A DNA stretch of 64,000 bases from a virus, in the IMG/VR virus record IMGVR_UViG_3300024496_000011; one strand, written 5' to 3'. Numbering within the stretch: the first letter of the stretch is position 1; each line of letters opens with the position of its first letter. Below are positions 28,452 through 38,071 of the stretch, one piece after another. The position numbers were made by a program, and so were the translations under genes. The notes below the pieces were generated by a model that was not told the DNA's origin, did no database searches, and saw only the letters and a program-made list of their open reading frames with translations.

Positions 28452-29513
28452 TTAGAGTGCGTTTCCTCGCGGCAGAACCTCTTCTGGGAACACAAAGTTC
28501 TCATGAGGTTGATCGACTGGTGCCATCCAAGCGCGAAGACCTTCATTTAAAAGAATATTCTTTGTATAGAAGGTTTCGAACTCAGGATCTTCTGCTGCTC
28601 TAACTTCCTGACTAACAAAGTCGTAAGCACGAAGATTGAGAGCAAGACCGATAATCCCGATAGAAGATGTCCAGAGACCCATGACGGGAACAAAGAGCAT
28701 AAAGAAATGTAGCCAACGCTTATTGCTAAAAGCAATGCCGAAGATTTGAGACCAAAATCTGTTCGCAGTGACCATACTATAAGTCTCTTCCTCTTGCGTG
28801 GGTTCAAAAGCTTTAAAAGTGTTTGCTTGATCGCCATCTTCAAAAAGCGTGTTTTCTACGGTAGCACCATGAATTGCACAAAGTAGTGCTCCGCCTAGAA
28901 TACCAGCAACTCCCATCATATGGAAGGGGTTGAGGGTCCAGTTGTGGAAACCCTGAAGGAACAACAGAAACCTGAAGATAGCAGCAACACCAAATGAAGG
29001 TGCGAAGAACCAACTGGATTGTCCCAGAGGGTACATCAGGAACACGCTGACGAACACAGCAATAGGACCAGAGAAAGCAATAGCATTGTACGGACGAATA
29101 CCTACCAGACGAGCAATCTCAAACTGGCGGAGCATAAATCCAATCAGGCTGAAAGCCCCGTGGAGCGCCACAAAAGTCCATAGTCCCCCAAGTTGGCACC
29201 ACCTGACGAAATCCCCTTGAGACTCAGGACCCCAAAGTAGAAGAAGAGAATGACCCATAGCGTCAGCAGGGCTGCTGACTGCCGCTGTGAGAAAATTGCA
29301 GCCTTCAAGATAAGAAGACGCCAACCCGTGGGTATACCATCCTGTGACAAACGAAGTGCCAGTAAGCCAGCCACCAAGCGCAAGATAAGCAGTGGGAAAA
29401 AGTAGTAGTCCAGACCAACCCACAAATACAAAGCGATCTCGTTTAAGCCAGTCATCCAGGACATCGAACCAACCTCTCTGAGAAATGGGCGGTGAAAGAG
29501 TTGAAGAAGTCAT
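28452..29513 (-). CDS. psbD: photosystem II D2 protein
   Basis: [19 protein letters not shown]...[10 protein letters not shown]. Confidence 0.99.
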   Translation of the reverse strand: MTSSTLSPPISQRGWFDVLDDWLKRDRFVFVGWSGLLLFPTAYLALGGWLTGTSFVTGWYTHGLASSYLEGCNFLTAAVSSPADAMGHSLLLLWGPESQGDFVRWCQLGGLWTFVALHGAFSLIGFMLRQFEIARLVGIRPYNAIAFSGPIAVFVSVFLMYPLGQSSWFFAPSFGVAAIFRFLLFLQGFHNWTLNPFHMMGVAGILGGALLCAIHGATVENTLFEDGDQANTFKAFEPTQEEETYSMVTANRFWSQIFGIAFSNKRWLHFFMLFVPVMGLWTSSIGIIGLALNLRAYDFVSQEVRAAEDPEFETFYTKNILLNEGLRAWMAPVDQPHENFVFPEEVLPRGNAL

Positions 29514-29539
29514 AGCCTCCTATATCGTTTCTCATATTT

Positions 29540-29568
29540 ATCTTAACATTGCTTAACAAAGAAGTCAA
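29540..29568 (-). promoter_or_regulatory. sigma70-type promoter of psbD with HLR1-like direct repeat
   Basis: TTGACT-N17-TAAGAT; GTTAAGCA-AT-GTTAAGAT overlaps the -10. Confidence 0.6.
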
Positions 29569-29581
29569 TGAGTGTTTGTGC

Positions 29582-29677
29582 TCATCCCCAATAAATTACC
29601 GAAAGAGTGAATACGACAAACACAATGATTGTGAATCCCATCATACCTACACCTGCCCAGATAATCCAGGGTTCCAT
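29582..29677 (-). CDS. 31-aa single-pass membrane peptide
   Basis: MEPWIIWAGVGMMGFTIIVFVVFTLSVIYWG; not in ORF track (<60 aa). Confidence 0.45.
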   Translation of the reverse strand: MEPWIIWAGVGMMGFTIIVFVVFTLSVIYWG

Positions 29678-29693
29678 AGGATGATGTTGATTA

Positions 29694-30134
29694 TTATGAG
29701 ACATTGGTTTTATGCTTTTTAACATATTCTATCATATTCCTAATCAAATCAACATCCTCATTTACATATCCAATAGTTCTATTGCAGACATTACAGAGTA
29801 GACCTCTTACCTTACCAGTTTTATGGTTATGGTCAACATAGAAAACATCTACACCACCACCTCTACCAGATTTTCTACCTTTCGGGTCAGTAGAACCACA
29901 GACAGCACATTTATGTCCTTGTTTTTCTAGAAGATTATTATACTCTTCAATACCAATACCATAAACCCTTTTCAAGTTTTCATCTCTCTTTTTTATAGGG
30001 TCATAGTTTTCTTGTTGCTTTTTTACATAACATTTTTTACATTTACCATGATGTCCATAAGGAGTTCCATTCCTTACTGTCTGGTAAAATTCTGTAAGTG
30101 GTTTTAATTCGTTGCAAATTTTACAGGTTTTCAT
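29694..30134 (-). mobile_element. F-CphI-like free-standing homing endonuclease (endonuclease VII family)
   Basis: CxxC...CxxC N-terminus; LKRVYGI..EEY...Q..KCAVC...VDHNHKTGKVRGLLCNVCN; immediately downstream of psbA. Confidence 0.8.
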
Positions 30135-30160
30135 AGTCCTTTGATTAAGTTGTTAAAGTT

Positions 30161-30190
30161 ATTATAGCATAACTTTAAGTATTTAGTCAA
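30161..30190 (-). promoter_or_regulatory. promoter of the endonuclease gene (early plus late elements)
   Basis: TTGACT-N18-TATAAT with embedded TAAATA; TAAAGTTAT/ATAACTTTA inverted repeat around the -10. Confidence 0.55.
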
Positions 30191-30197
30191 GTAGTCA

Positions 30198-30228
30198 CAA
30201 AAAAAGACCTCTCGAAGGAGGTCTTAAA
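30198..30228 (-). terminator. psbA terminator
   Basis: AAGACCTC-CTTCGA-GAGGTCTT followed by U-tract. Confidence 0.85.
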
Positions 30229-30244
30229 AACTATTGAGTTTTTA

Positions 30245-31324
30245 TCAACCGATTGCAGGAGCAGTCAGAGCAACAGGAGTGTTCTGTGCAGTAGCAAGGT
30301 CCAGAGGGAAGTTATGAGCATTGCGCTCGTGCATTACCTCCATTCCCAGTCCAGCACGGTTAAGGACATCTGCCCAAGTATTGAGCACACGACCCTGACT
30401 ATCCAGAATGCTCTGGTTAAAATTCAGACCGTTGAGATTAAAAGCCATCGTGCTTACACCAAGAGCAGTGAACCAGATGCCAACCACAGGCCAGGCAGCC
30501 AGGAAGAAGTGCAGCGAACGGGAGTTATTAAAGGAAGCATATTGAAAAATAAGGCGTCCGAAATAACCGTGAGCAGCAACGATGTTATAGGTCTCTTCTT
30601 CTTGACCGAACTTGTAACCATAGTTCTGTGACTCGTTCTCGGTGGTTTCACGAACCAGCGAGGAAGTAACCAGAGAACCGTGCATAGCACTGAACAGAGA
30701 ACCACCGAACACACCAGCAACTCCAAGCATATGGAAGGGGTGCATCAGGATGTTGTGCTCTGCCTGGAACACAAGCATATAGTTGAAGGTGCCACTGATA
30801 CCCAGAGGCATTGCGTCAGAGAAGGAACCCTGACCAAAAGGATACACCAAGAACACTGCACTCGCAGCAGCAACAGGTGCAGAGTAAGCAACGCAGATCC
30901 AAGGACGCATACCCAAACGGTAGGAAAGTTCCCACTCACGACCCATATAGGCATAGATGCCGATGAGGAAGTGGAACACAACCAGTTGGAAAGGTCCACC
31001 GTTGTAAAGCCACTCATCTAGGGAAGCAGCTTCCCAGATGGGGTAAAAGTGCAGTCCAATTGCGTTGGACGAAGGAATCACAGCACCAGAGATGATGTTG
31101 TTTCCGTACATCAGAGAACCAGCAACTGGTTCGCGGATGCCATCAATGTCCACTGGGGGAGCACCGATGAATGCGATGATGAAACAAGTTGTTGCAGCAA
31201 GCAGACAAGGGATCATCAGCACACCGAACCAACCCACATAGAGGCGGTTGTCGGTTGAAGTTACCCAGTTGCAAAACTGTTCCCAAGTATTCGATTGTCG
31301 TTGTTGTGAAATTGTAGCAGTCAT
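30245..31324 (-). CDS. psbA: photosystem II D1 protein (intronless)
   Basis: [20 protein letters not shown]...[14 protein letters not shown]; continuous 359-aa ORF. Confidence 0.99.
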   Translation of the reverse strand: MTATISQQRQSNTWEQFCNWVTSTDNRLYVGWFGVLMIPCLLAATTCFIIAFIGAPPVDIDGIREPVAGSLMYGNNIISGAVIPSSNAIGLHFYPIWEAASLDEWLYNGGPFQLVVFHFLIGIYAYMGREWELSYRLGMRPWICVAYSAPVAAASAVFLVYPFGQGSFSDAMPLGISGTFNYMLVFQAEHNILMHPFHMLGVAGVFGGSLFSAMHGSLVTSSLVRETTENESQNYGYKFGQEEETYNIVAAHGYFGRLIFQYASFNNSRSLHFFLAAWPVVGIWFTALGVSTMAFNLNGLNFNQSILDSQGRVLNTWADVLNRAGLGMEVMHERNAHNFPLDLATAQNTPVALTAPAIG

Positions 31325-31443
31325 TGTTTTTAAAAGCTAAGTAGTCCATCAGGGAAATGGTGGAGATACTTATTTCCTAAACACCCTTAGTTTAGGATAT
31401 GAGAGACGATTTTATACTCCCTATAGGTCTCGGTTTGCGGAGA

Positions 31444-31524
31444 GTTTAACAATGTTGCAAAACATTAAAGATTCGTAACATTTGTTTACCTATTTATAAT
31501 ACACCCCTTTCAGAACTCTGTCAA
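31444..31524 (-). promoter_or_regulatory. psbA promoter region with HLR1-like repeats
   Basis: TTGACA-N17-TATTAT, overlapping TATAAATA, then GTAAACAA-AT-GTTACGAA. Confidence 0.55.
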
Positions 31525-31528
31525 GCCC

Positions 31529-34500
31529 CTATTTGGGTTTTTTCTGTGCTGCTTTGACTTTTTTATCAATATGAGGATTGCCTGTAGGAGGCATTGCCTT
31601 TGCACTCTCAGGATCTAGACGATTAAATCTATTAGCAACTTTTTTACCATCAACCAAATCTGAATGCATACCATTAACCATTTCTGGTGGTTTTTCTACT
31701 GGGAATCCTAATGGTGCTGGTTTTCCATCATAATACCCAGGAATTTTACCTAATACTTCTTCTGGAGATTTGAGTTTTTTTCTTTCTGAAATTAGTTGTC
31801 CTTTTGGTTCATAATGTGCCAGTCTAACAGGAGGTCCAGATGGAGTTGGTCCAGTATAAGGTCTTTGACCAGGATGTAATGGCTCTCCAGGAGCCCAAAC
31901 AGGAGCGATTGGTGTTGTTTGAGATGGTTTTGCATCTTTTATAGATGGCCAATTTTGAGCGATTTGAGTATCTTGATCCGAAGTAATTTCAACACCAGGT
32001 GTTTCACTACTTTCTCCAGGAGGAACTGCACCAGTTCCTGGAAATTCTGGTCCTAGAATTTTTTCAAGATATTCATCAGAAGCTTCAAGCATTTCTTTAA
32101 GTTTTTGTTGTTTTTCTTGCGGTGAAAGATTTGACAGGTTTGGTTCAGTGCGAATAAATACAGTTGCTTCTGGACTATCAAGAGAAACAAAAACATTCAT
32201 AGGTGCTCTTCTTTGAAAACTTATATTTGAGATTCCATAAGTAGCAGCACCACTAAACTGGAGATAAATTTGTTTTCCAATATAAATGTAATCTGCTGCA
32301 GTCATGTACCCTAAACCAGCAGGAGGTTCAGTAGATAAACTCCAATACTTAGTTCCGCCAGAAATAGGTCCAGGAGGTCCTTGAATGTTAGCATTAGGAC
32401 CCCACCCAATAGTGCTTCTTAAAATATTATCCCAAAAGAATCTACCCATACTATACCAAGATGGTTGAATAGATTGAGGATCTCTATTAATTATTTGATT
32501 ATATGGAACATTAATATAAAAATCAAGTATATTTGAATATGAAGACGTCAGAGGATAATTACTTATTCCAGAAACTGATAAAGTTTTTCCGATAAATTGC
32601 TTTCCATCATACCCATGACCATCACTCGTAATATCATAAAAATAAAACTGAACATTTTTTCCTTGTGCTTCTTTTGGCAAACTAAAAGATTGTTTAGTTA
32701 ATGAAGTTGGTCCAGAAGAACTCATTACTGTTATTTCACCAAATTCTTCAGTATCAATATTATAGTAAATTAAAACTAAATCTGATGCTGGTGTTACTCC
32801 ACCATTTGAATTATTTCCTCTCAAACCAGTTATTGAAATACTATCAACAGTGGAAGTATCTACTGGATTTAAAGTTGCAACTCGAACAGTATTTGAATCT
32901 TTTCCATTAAATGCAAGATAATTACTGCCAACATTAAACCCACCATTAATACCACTTCCAGTTCCACTATTAGAAATACGAGTGCTTGGGAGTTGACCAT
33001 AACTACCATAAGAATCACCCTGACCCAAGCTATAATAGATACTAGAATCGCCACCAGATAATGAAGTCAAGTCAGTGTCACCGGTAGCAGGAAGTGTTGT
33101 AGAAAAAACTCCCGAAGATGTCATTCCTTCTTGAACAACTTTACCTTCCATGTAATGTTTTTTATGTTTAGAAATATCTTTTTTCCAATTAATTTTTGAC
33201 TCCTCTTTTACTTTAAATTTCTTGGTCTTAGACTTTTCTACTTTTGCATCAATCTCTGGATTTTCTGTGGAGGGCATAAAATCAGCACTTTGAGGATCCA
33301 ACTTATTATAGTAATCAGCACGATCTCCAAATTTAGGATGCCATCCATTAATCATCTCAGGTGGTGGATCATTTGGATATCCTTTCTTTGCTGGTTTGTC
33401 TGGATAATCAATTTCTTTTTTCAATCTTTTTGATACCTTTTTAAATAGAGGATCTTTATCTACTTGAGCAGTTTCTTGTTCACCGATATATTGGGAAAAA
33501 AGTTTCTTATCATATTCATCAGCAATTTTACAACTTAAATCGGATTGCAAGATACTTTCTTTTTTTCCATTTTCATCGACAAGAAATAGTAGAGTATCTC
33601 CCTTCAATTCTTCTTTACGAATAACTTTATATTCTTTTTTATTTTTACCATCAAAATTTCCATACATGATTGTATTATTTTTATCACGACTAGTTTCAGT
33701 CATCCACTCCCAAGCATGATCAGCAGCACCAAGATGATCTAATATTTCATTTTTCTTTTCTTGAGACGATCTTTCATTTTTAGCATAATCATACTTCCTC
33801 CAGATATTTGGTTCTGGTTTGAACTCTTTTGGAATATCAGGAGTCTTCATTAGATTTTCGCCAATAGATCTAGTTCTTGGTTTATGCTTAAACTTTATCT
33901 TTGGTTCTTCTGGAAGAACATAAGGTTTTTTAATGTTCTTGAGGATTGATCTTGTTGATTCCGAAATAAATTTTCCTTCAGGATCATATGAATTTGCTAG
34001 ACCATATGTTTTAGTCTTAGGGTTCCACTTTGCTCCAGTAACTGGATTTTTATTAGGTGTCCAAGGTTCTATTGGTTGAACCCCACCACCACTACCACCA
34101 CCACTAGGAAGTCCGGGAGTTCTTACCACAGTTCCTGGATTTGGTCTACGACCTCCTCTCGGTTGAACATTTCCAGTTCTTGCGCCTCTATCAGCAACAT
34201 CCTTTGGGAGGGCAGTTTGAGTACCTCCCCAATCAGGAAAAGTTATTCCAGAACCTCTAGGAATTCTAACTGGTATAAGTGTTCTATTATCTGGAGCGTT
34301 TTTGCCCATACTACCAGAAGATCTTCCACCTTTTGAATAATCTCCAGCAACATTTTTATCACCAACCCAAACCCTATCTGGAACTAATCCAGTCTTTGTT
34401 GTTTTAAATCCATCATTTTTAATCTTGCCAGCAGCATCTTTACTTGTACCATGCCACTTTGTATCTATTCGAATACCTTTATTGGTTTTTGGTTTTGTTG

Positions 34501-35236
34501 AATCTTTTTTTGGAGGTTCTTTATCTGGATAGGGTCCATAAAGTTCATCTTCTTTTTTCTTTTTCTTTTTATCTTTATCCTTAGCAGATCCAGGAACAAG
34601 ATTAGGATCAAAACCACCCAGTCCAGGAGGAATTCTGTTTAGAATTTCTCTCGCCAATTCTTTAGCTGCATCTATCATGTCTCCAAGATACCTTCCCCAT
34701 TGATCTGCAGGATTTGAAGGTGGTCCAGGATAAAAAGCTCTGTATTGTTGCGTATTTCCATTTAAATATTGATCTCTATACCACTGTGCCTGAGCAAGTG
34801 TTAATTGACCATAACTATTAAGACTAGACCCATTCCAATTACCTATTCTACCGGTAATGGATCCAAGATTAACCATTCGCCTATCAGACTGTCTTACATA
34901 TCCAATAGTCGTAAAATTTCCCCACGCATACCACATACTCATCATTGGACCTAAGATATAGGAAGTATCGCCTGGAGGTTCAATAGTTAAGATACTTCCA
35001 TCCTCAGCAAACAACCCAGAAGTGTCTCTACCATTTTTAGTTGGATCGTCTTGAGTTAAATCTAAGGGAGCATTGATATTTTGCCCTACTATCTCATTTC
35101 TTTCAGGCTCTACAACATATATCCCTGCAGTATTATTCGTAGGAATTTCACTAAGCAACTGAAGTTTTTCATCAATCTGAGTTGATTTCAGATGACGAAT
35201 TGCTTTCTTAAAAGTATTTTTGCTCCTCTTACTCAT
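31529..35236 (-). CDS. large putative virion/internal protein with an ADP-ribosyltransferase-like insert
   Basis: 1235 aa; WHGTS...IKNDGF...VWV...A.DY segment; duplicated PPEM.NG.H...N.LDP.SA..MP.T.NP.ID.KV domain. Confidence 0.6.
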   Translation of the reverse strand: MSKRSKNTFKKAIRHLKSTQIDEKLQLLSEIPTNNTAGIYVVEPERNEIVGQNINAPLDLTQDDPTKNGRDTSGLFAEDGSILTIEPPGDTSYILGPMMSMWYAWGNFTTIGYVRQSDRRMVNLGSITGRIGNWNGSSLNSYGQLTLAQAQWYRDQYLNGNTQQYRAFYPGPPSNPADQWGRYLGDMIDAAKELAREILNRIPPGLGGFDPNLVPGSAKDKDKKKKKKEDELYGPYPDKEPPKKDSTKPKTNKGIRIDTKWHGTSKDAAGKIKNDGFKTTKTGLVPDRVWVGDKNVAGDYSKGGRSSGSMGKNAPDNRTLIPVRIPRGSGITFPDWGGTQTALPKDVADRGARTGNVQPRGGRRPNPGTVVRTPGLPSGGGSGGGVQPIEPWTPNKNPVTGAKWNPKTKTYGLANSYDPEGKFISESTRSILKNIKKPYVLPEEPKIKFKHKPRTRSIGENLMKTPDIPKEFKPEPNIWRKYDYAKNERSSQEKKNEILDHLGAADHAWEWMTETSRDKNNTIMYGNFDGKNKKEYKVIRKEELKGDTLLFLVDENGKKESILQSDLSCKIADEYDKKLFSQYIGEQETAQVDKDPLFKKVSKRLKKEIDYPDKPAKKGYPNDPPPEMINGWHPKFGDRADYYNKLDPQSADFMPSTENPEIDAKVEKSKTKKFKVKEESKINWKKDISKHKKHYMEGKVVQEGMTSSGVFSTTLPATGDTDLTSLSGGDSSIYYSLGQGDSYGSYGQLPSTRISNSGTGSGINGGFNVGSNYLAFNGKDSNTVRVATLNPVDTSTVDSISITGLRGNNSNGGVTPASDLVLIYYNIDTEEFGEITVMSSSGPTSLTKQSFSLPKEAQGKNVQFYFYDITSDGHGYDGKQFIGKTLSVSGISNYPLTSSYSNILDFYINVPYNQIINRDPQSIQPSWYSMGRFFWDNILRSTIGWGPNANIQGPPGPISGGTKYWSLSTEPPAGLGYMTAADYIYIGKQIYLQFSGAATYGISNISFQRRAPMNVFVSLDSPEATVFIRTEPNLSNLSPQEKQQKLKEMLEASDEYLEKILGPEFPGTGAVPPGESSETPGVEITSDQDTQIAQNWPSIKDAKPSQTTPIAPVWAPGEPLHPGQRPYTGPTPSGPPVRLAHYEPKGQLISERKKLKSPEEVLGKIPGYYDGKPAPLGFPVEKPPEMVNGMHSDLVDGKKVANRFNRLDPESAKAMPPTGNPHIDKKVKAAQKKPK

Positions 35237-35242
35237 TAACTA

Positions 35243-35785
35243 TTATTCCTCTATTGGAGTATTTATTATTATACTTGCATCAGAATATTCTACACAACCC
35301 TCTGGCCATCCAACAACAGTTATTCTATTATGAGTTGCATTTGAGTTTACAACTTCTATACCGTGCCAAACTGCAGGATTAATCCAAACAAATCTATTTG
35401 GTTTTGGTTCTATTTTTTCTACACTACAATTTTTAAATTTCAAGTACCCATCCCAAGAAGAGTTCCAAGATGGATGTAAGTAATAAACAAATCCACCAAA
35501 CTCACTATGATAACCACCATTATCAGAGGAAGATTCTCTATCAATTCCAGAAGGAAGAGAATTTATATAAGACCACATATCAATAGTATGTTCCCAATGA
35601 TCCTGCCAAATATTAATGGATTTCAATTTTTCCTTTATCCAGGAAATTGTTTGAAAATATATTTCACTTCTACCCTCAACAAACTCCCCAGTGTGAAGAT
35701 AGTCATTGATATTATTTTGAATGATGTTCCATTTTTGATTATCTAAAAAATTATCAATAACTACTACGGCAGTTCTTGTTTTCAT
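35243..35785 (-). CDS. 2OG-Fe(II) oxygenase (prolyl-4-hydroxylase-like)
   Basis: YHSE..FVYYLHP.WN..WDG.L...PKPNRFV.....WHGI...RITV. Confidence 0.75.
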   Translation of the reverse strand: MKTRTAVVVIDNFLDNQKWNIIQNNINDYLHTGEFVEGRSEIYFQTISWIKEKLKSINIWQDHWEHTIDMWSYINSLPSGIDRESSSDNGGYHSEFGGFVYYLHPSWNSSWDGYLKFKNCSVEKIEPKPNRFVWINPAVWHGIEVVNSNATHNRITVVGWPEGCVEYSDASIIINTPIEE

Positions 35786-35861
35786 ATATTATTACTTTTT
35801 AGATATTTATTTTACATCATCTTCCTAAATACTTCCAGTGTTTATCTACAATAATAAGAAA

Positions 35862-36326
35862 ATGAAAAGACTTCTATTAGCCTTTTCGTTATTCTTCGCA
35901 ATCCCAGTTAATGCTGCTGAAATTACATCTAAAATCACTGATTCCGTTCAATTGAAAGTTGATGGTGCTGCTGTTCAATCAACCCGAATTGGTGCTTCCT
36001 ATTCAGCGTCAGGAACCAATATCCAAGCAACATCCTTTGGGGGTGTTGGTGGTGCTGGAACCTACGACATTAATACTCCAGGTCAAGCATTTAGTTTTTC
36101 AGAAAGTATCATTGATGCAGATACTCCCGTTCTTAACCAAACGGTTACTAACCAAGGAACAATTACATCACCAAATCTTTATGGAGATAGTGTAACTCAA
36201 GTTGGTGGTGAGAAAGGAACTCTTGCAGGTACTCTTTCCCCAACTGGTGTTCCTACTGTTACTGCTGGTGGTGCTGGTACAAGTGCTACTGCTCAAAGAT
36301 CCATCGAATTAAGCGTATTCAAATGA
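35862..36326 (+). CDS. exported protein with signal peptide
   Basis: MKRLLLAFSLFFAIPVNA|AE; Thr/Gly/Ser-rich beta strands. Confidence 0.75.
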   Translation: MKRLLLAFSLFFAIPVNAAEITSKITDSVQLKVDGAAVQSTRIGASYSASGTNIQATSFGGVGGAGTYDINTPGQAFSFSESIIDADTPVLNQTVTNQGTITSPNLYGDSVTQVGGEKGTLAGTLSPTGVPTVTAGGAGTSATAQRSIELSVFK

Positions 36327-36688
36327 GACATTTAACTCCCGCTTTGCTTTTAGCAACGGGAGTCATTTGTACTCCCGTTTATGCTGAGAGTGTTGTACCC
36401 AATTTTACTAGAGGTACAATTAATGCAACAACAGAATCTACAACAAAAATTGTAGAAGCAATCCGCCAAGTTGAATATACTACTGGCGAATCATATACTG
36501 TAACTGGAACTAATATTAACATTCCTGGCGTTCCTCAAAGGGGTGCTGGTTATTCTGTGATGACTCAAGGTGCTCCATTCCAGTTCAGTGAAACCTATCT
36601 CGGTCCTGGAGTGGCAAAAGAAACATGGATAGATCGCACCACAGAAACCCAATCAACCACTACATCAATCTCTGTCTTTACACAATAA
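36323..36688 (+). CDS. exported protein with signal peptide
   Basis: MRHLTPALLLATGVICTPVYA|E; ATGA overlap. Confidence 0.75.
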   Translation: MRHLTPALLLATGVICTPVYAESVVPNFTRGTINATTESTTKIVEAIRQVEYTTGESYTVTGTNINIPGVPQRGAGYSVMTQGAPFQFSETYLGPGVAKETWIDRTTETQSTTTSISVFTQ

Positions 36689-37209
36689 TATCAACAGGGA
36701 CTGCATTTGCTCAAAGTACTCCTGCACCTAGTAATACAAACATTGCTGGACCAAGTGCAAGTGCTACAGGGAATGTAACTAACCAAGCGGTTCAAGTTCT
36801 TCAAGGACCTTATGCACTCAATACTTATGGTGGTGGAGTAAGTTGTCAGGGGGCAACTTTTTCAGTATCTCCATTTGCCATGAGTAGTAACAACAATAGC
36901 GATGACCCAGAATCCTTTGCATCACGCAATGGAAACTGGGGTATTTCTGCCGGTCTCAATATTCCATTAGATAATAATTTAATGAACTTGTGTAAGAAAA
37001 GAGCAGAAACTGAAATTGCTAGACAACAAGCAGAAACCGACAAAGCAAGATTAGATTTTGAACTTGTAAGATTATTGAAATGTGGTGAAGCATATAAGAA
37101 TGGAGTGATGTTCCATCCAGATAGTCCTTACTTCAAAGTTTGTGCAGATGTTGTTGTGAAGTACCCAAAAGTTGAGGATGTAGTCAATGGAACCAATACA
37201 ACTAATTGA
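36625..37209 (+). CDS. exported protein (beta-hairpin plus coiled coil, four Cys)
   Basis: TGTAFA|Q signal-like segment; NWGISAGLNIPLD. Confidence 0.7.
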   Translation: MDRSHHRNPINHYINLCLYTIISTGTAFAQSTPAPSNTNIAGPSASATGNVTNQAVQVLQGPYALNTYGGGVSCQGATFSVSPFAMSSNNNSDDPESFASRNGNWGISAGLNIPLDNNLMNLCKKRAETEIARQQAETDKARLDFELVRLLKCGEAYKNGVMFHPDSPYFKVCADVVVKYPKVEDVVNGTNTTN

Positions 37210-38071
37210 TAATCCAAATCTAAGACCAATAATCGGAAATAATCCGATTAACATACCAAATGCAAACATCAATAGAATATCTGGTCCGTCTGTAATTTCA
37301 ACTATAGAGAGACCCAATGTTCGTGCTGTAGAACAACCTGTAGTGCGTGGTCTTGAAGTTCCTGTAATTGATGTTCCAAATACTGCGATTAAATATCCAG
37401 TTATTAATGTTCCAACTCAAGCAGAGTTTGATGCTGCTGTAAAAGCAGAGAGAGAAAAACAAGCAGCAGAAGAGCAACAAAAAACAAGGGGACTACCTGA
37501 CACTACCCCCCCTCCTCAACTGCCTCAGGTTACTCAAACCCCCCTCACTCAAACTCCTGTACCTACTCCAGTTGCAGAAGTTCCAGCAGATAAACCTCAA
37601 CCAACCTTTACTGTCGGTGGAATCGATATTAATTTACCTGACCCTTCTCTTGTTGCTACGGCTGGTGCTGTCGCAGTAGTCACAACTGCTGCTACAATGG
37701 CATCCACAGCAGTTTTAAATGTATTGAAGAATGCTGCTGAACCATTTATCAAAGAAGCAACAAAGAATAAGTTTAAAATTAAAATCAAACAAGTTAAACC
37801 TGTTCTCCATTATGTGATGGCAGAAGCAGGTCATATTGATATTTTTGAATACTCAGCAGAAGGAACAAGATTAGTTGCTCAAGTTGATAATGTTGAACAG
37901 TACATTAGAGACCAAATAGAGCAAAACACACTTTACGAAATTGAAAATAAAGTAATCATTGATGAACCAATAAAAGATAAGTTCACAAAAGAAGGACAAG
38001 AAAGATTCAAACCTCTCTATGCCCCTCCTAAAAAGATTGCTAAAAAATTATCTGCTCGCTTGTCTTTTTGA
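37187..38071 (+). CDS. Pro-rich protein with a central hydrophobic segment
   Basis: 294 aa; LVATAGAVAVVTTAATMA segment. Confidence 0.7.
   Translation: MEPIQLIDNPNLRPIIGNNPINIPNANINRISGPSVISTIERPNVRAVEQPVVRGLEVPVIDVPNTAIKYPVINVPTQAEFDAAVKAEREKQAAEEQQKTRGLPDTTPPPQLPQVTQTPLTQTPVPTPVAEVPADKPQPTFTVGGIDINLPDPSLVATAGAVAVVTTAATMASTAVLNVLKNAAEPFIKEATKNKFKIKIKQVKPVLHYVMAEAGHIDIFEYSAEGTRLVAQVDNVEQYIRDQIEQNTLYEIENKVIIDEPIKDKFTKEGQERFKPLYAPPKKIAKKLSARLSF

Noticed and set aside
29582-29677. Assigning petN/petL/petM to the 31-aa peptide
   Set aside because: Similar size and hydrophobicity only; no diagnostic residues recognised.
30245-31324. Possible group I intron in psbA
   Set aside because: The ORF is continuous and of normal D1 length; no insertion is present.
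28547-31349. Several alternative-frame and antisense ORFs within psbD and psbA
   Set aside because: Expected shadows of strongly codon-biased genes.
31475-31489. GTA...TAC near the psbA promoter as an NtcA box
   Set aside because: The spacer is 9 nt, not 8; better explained as HLR1-like repeats.
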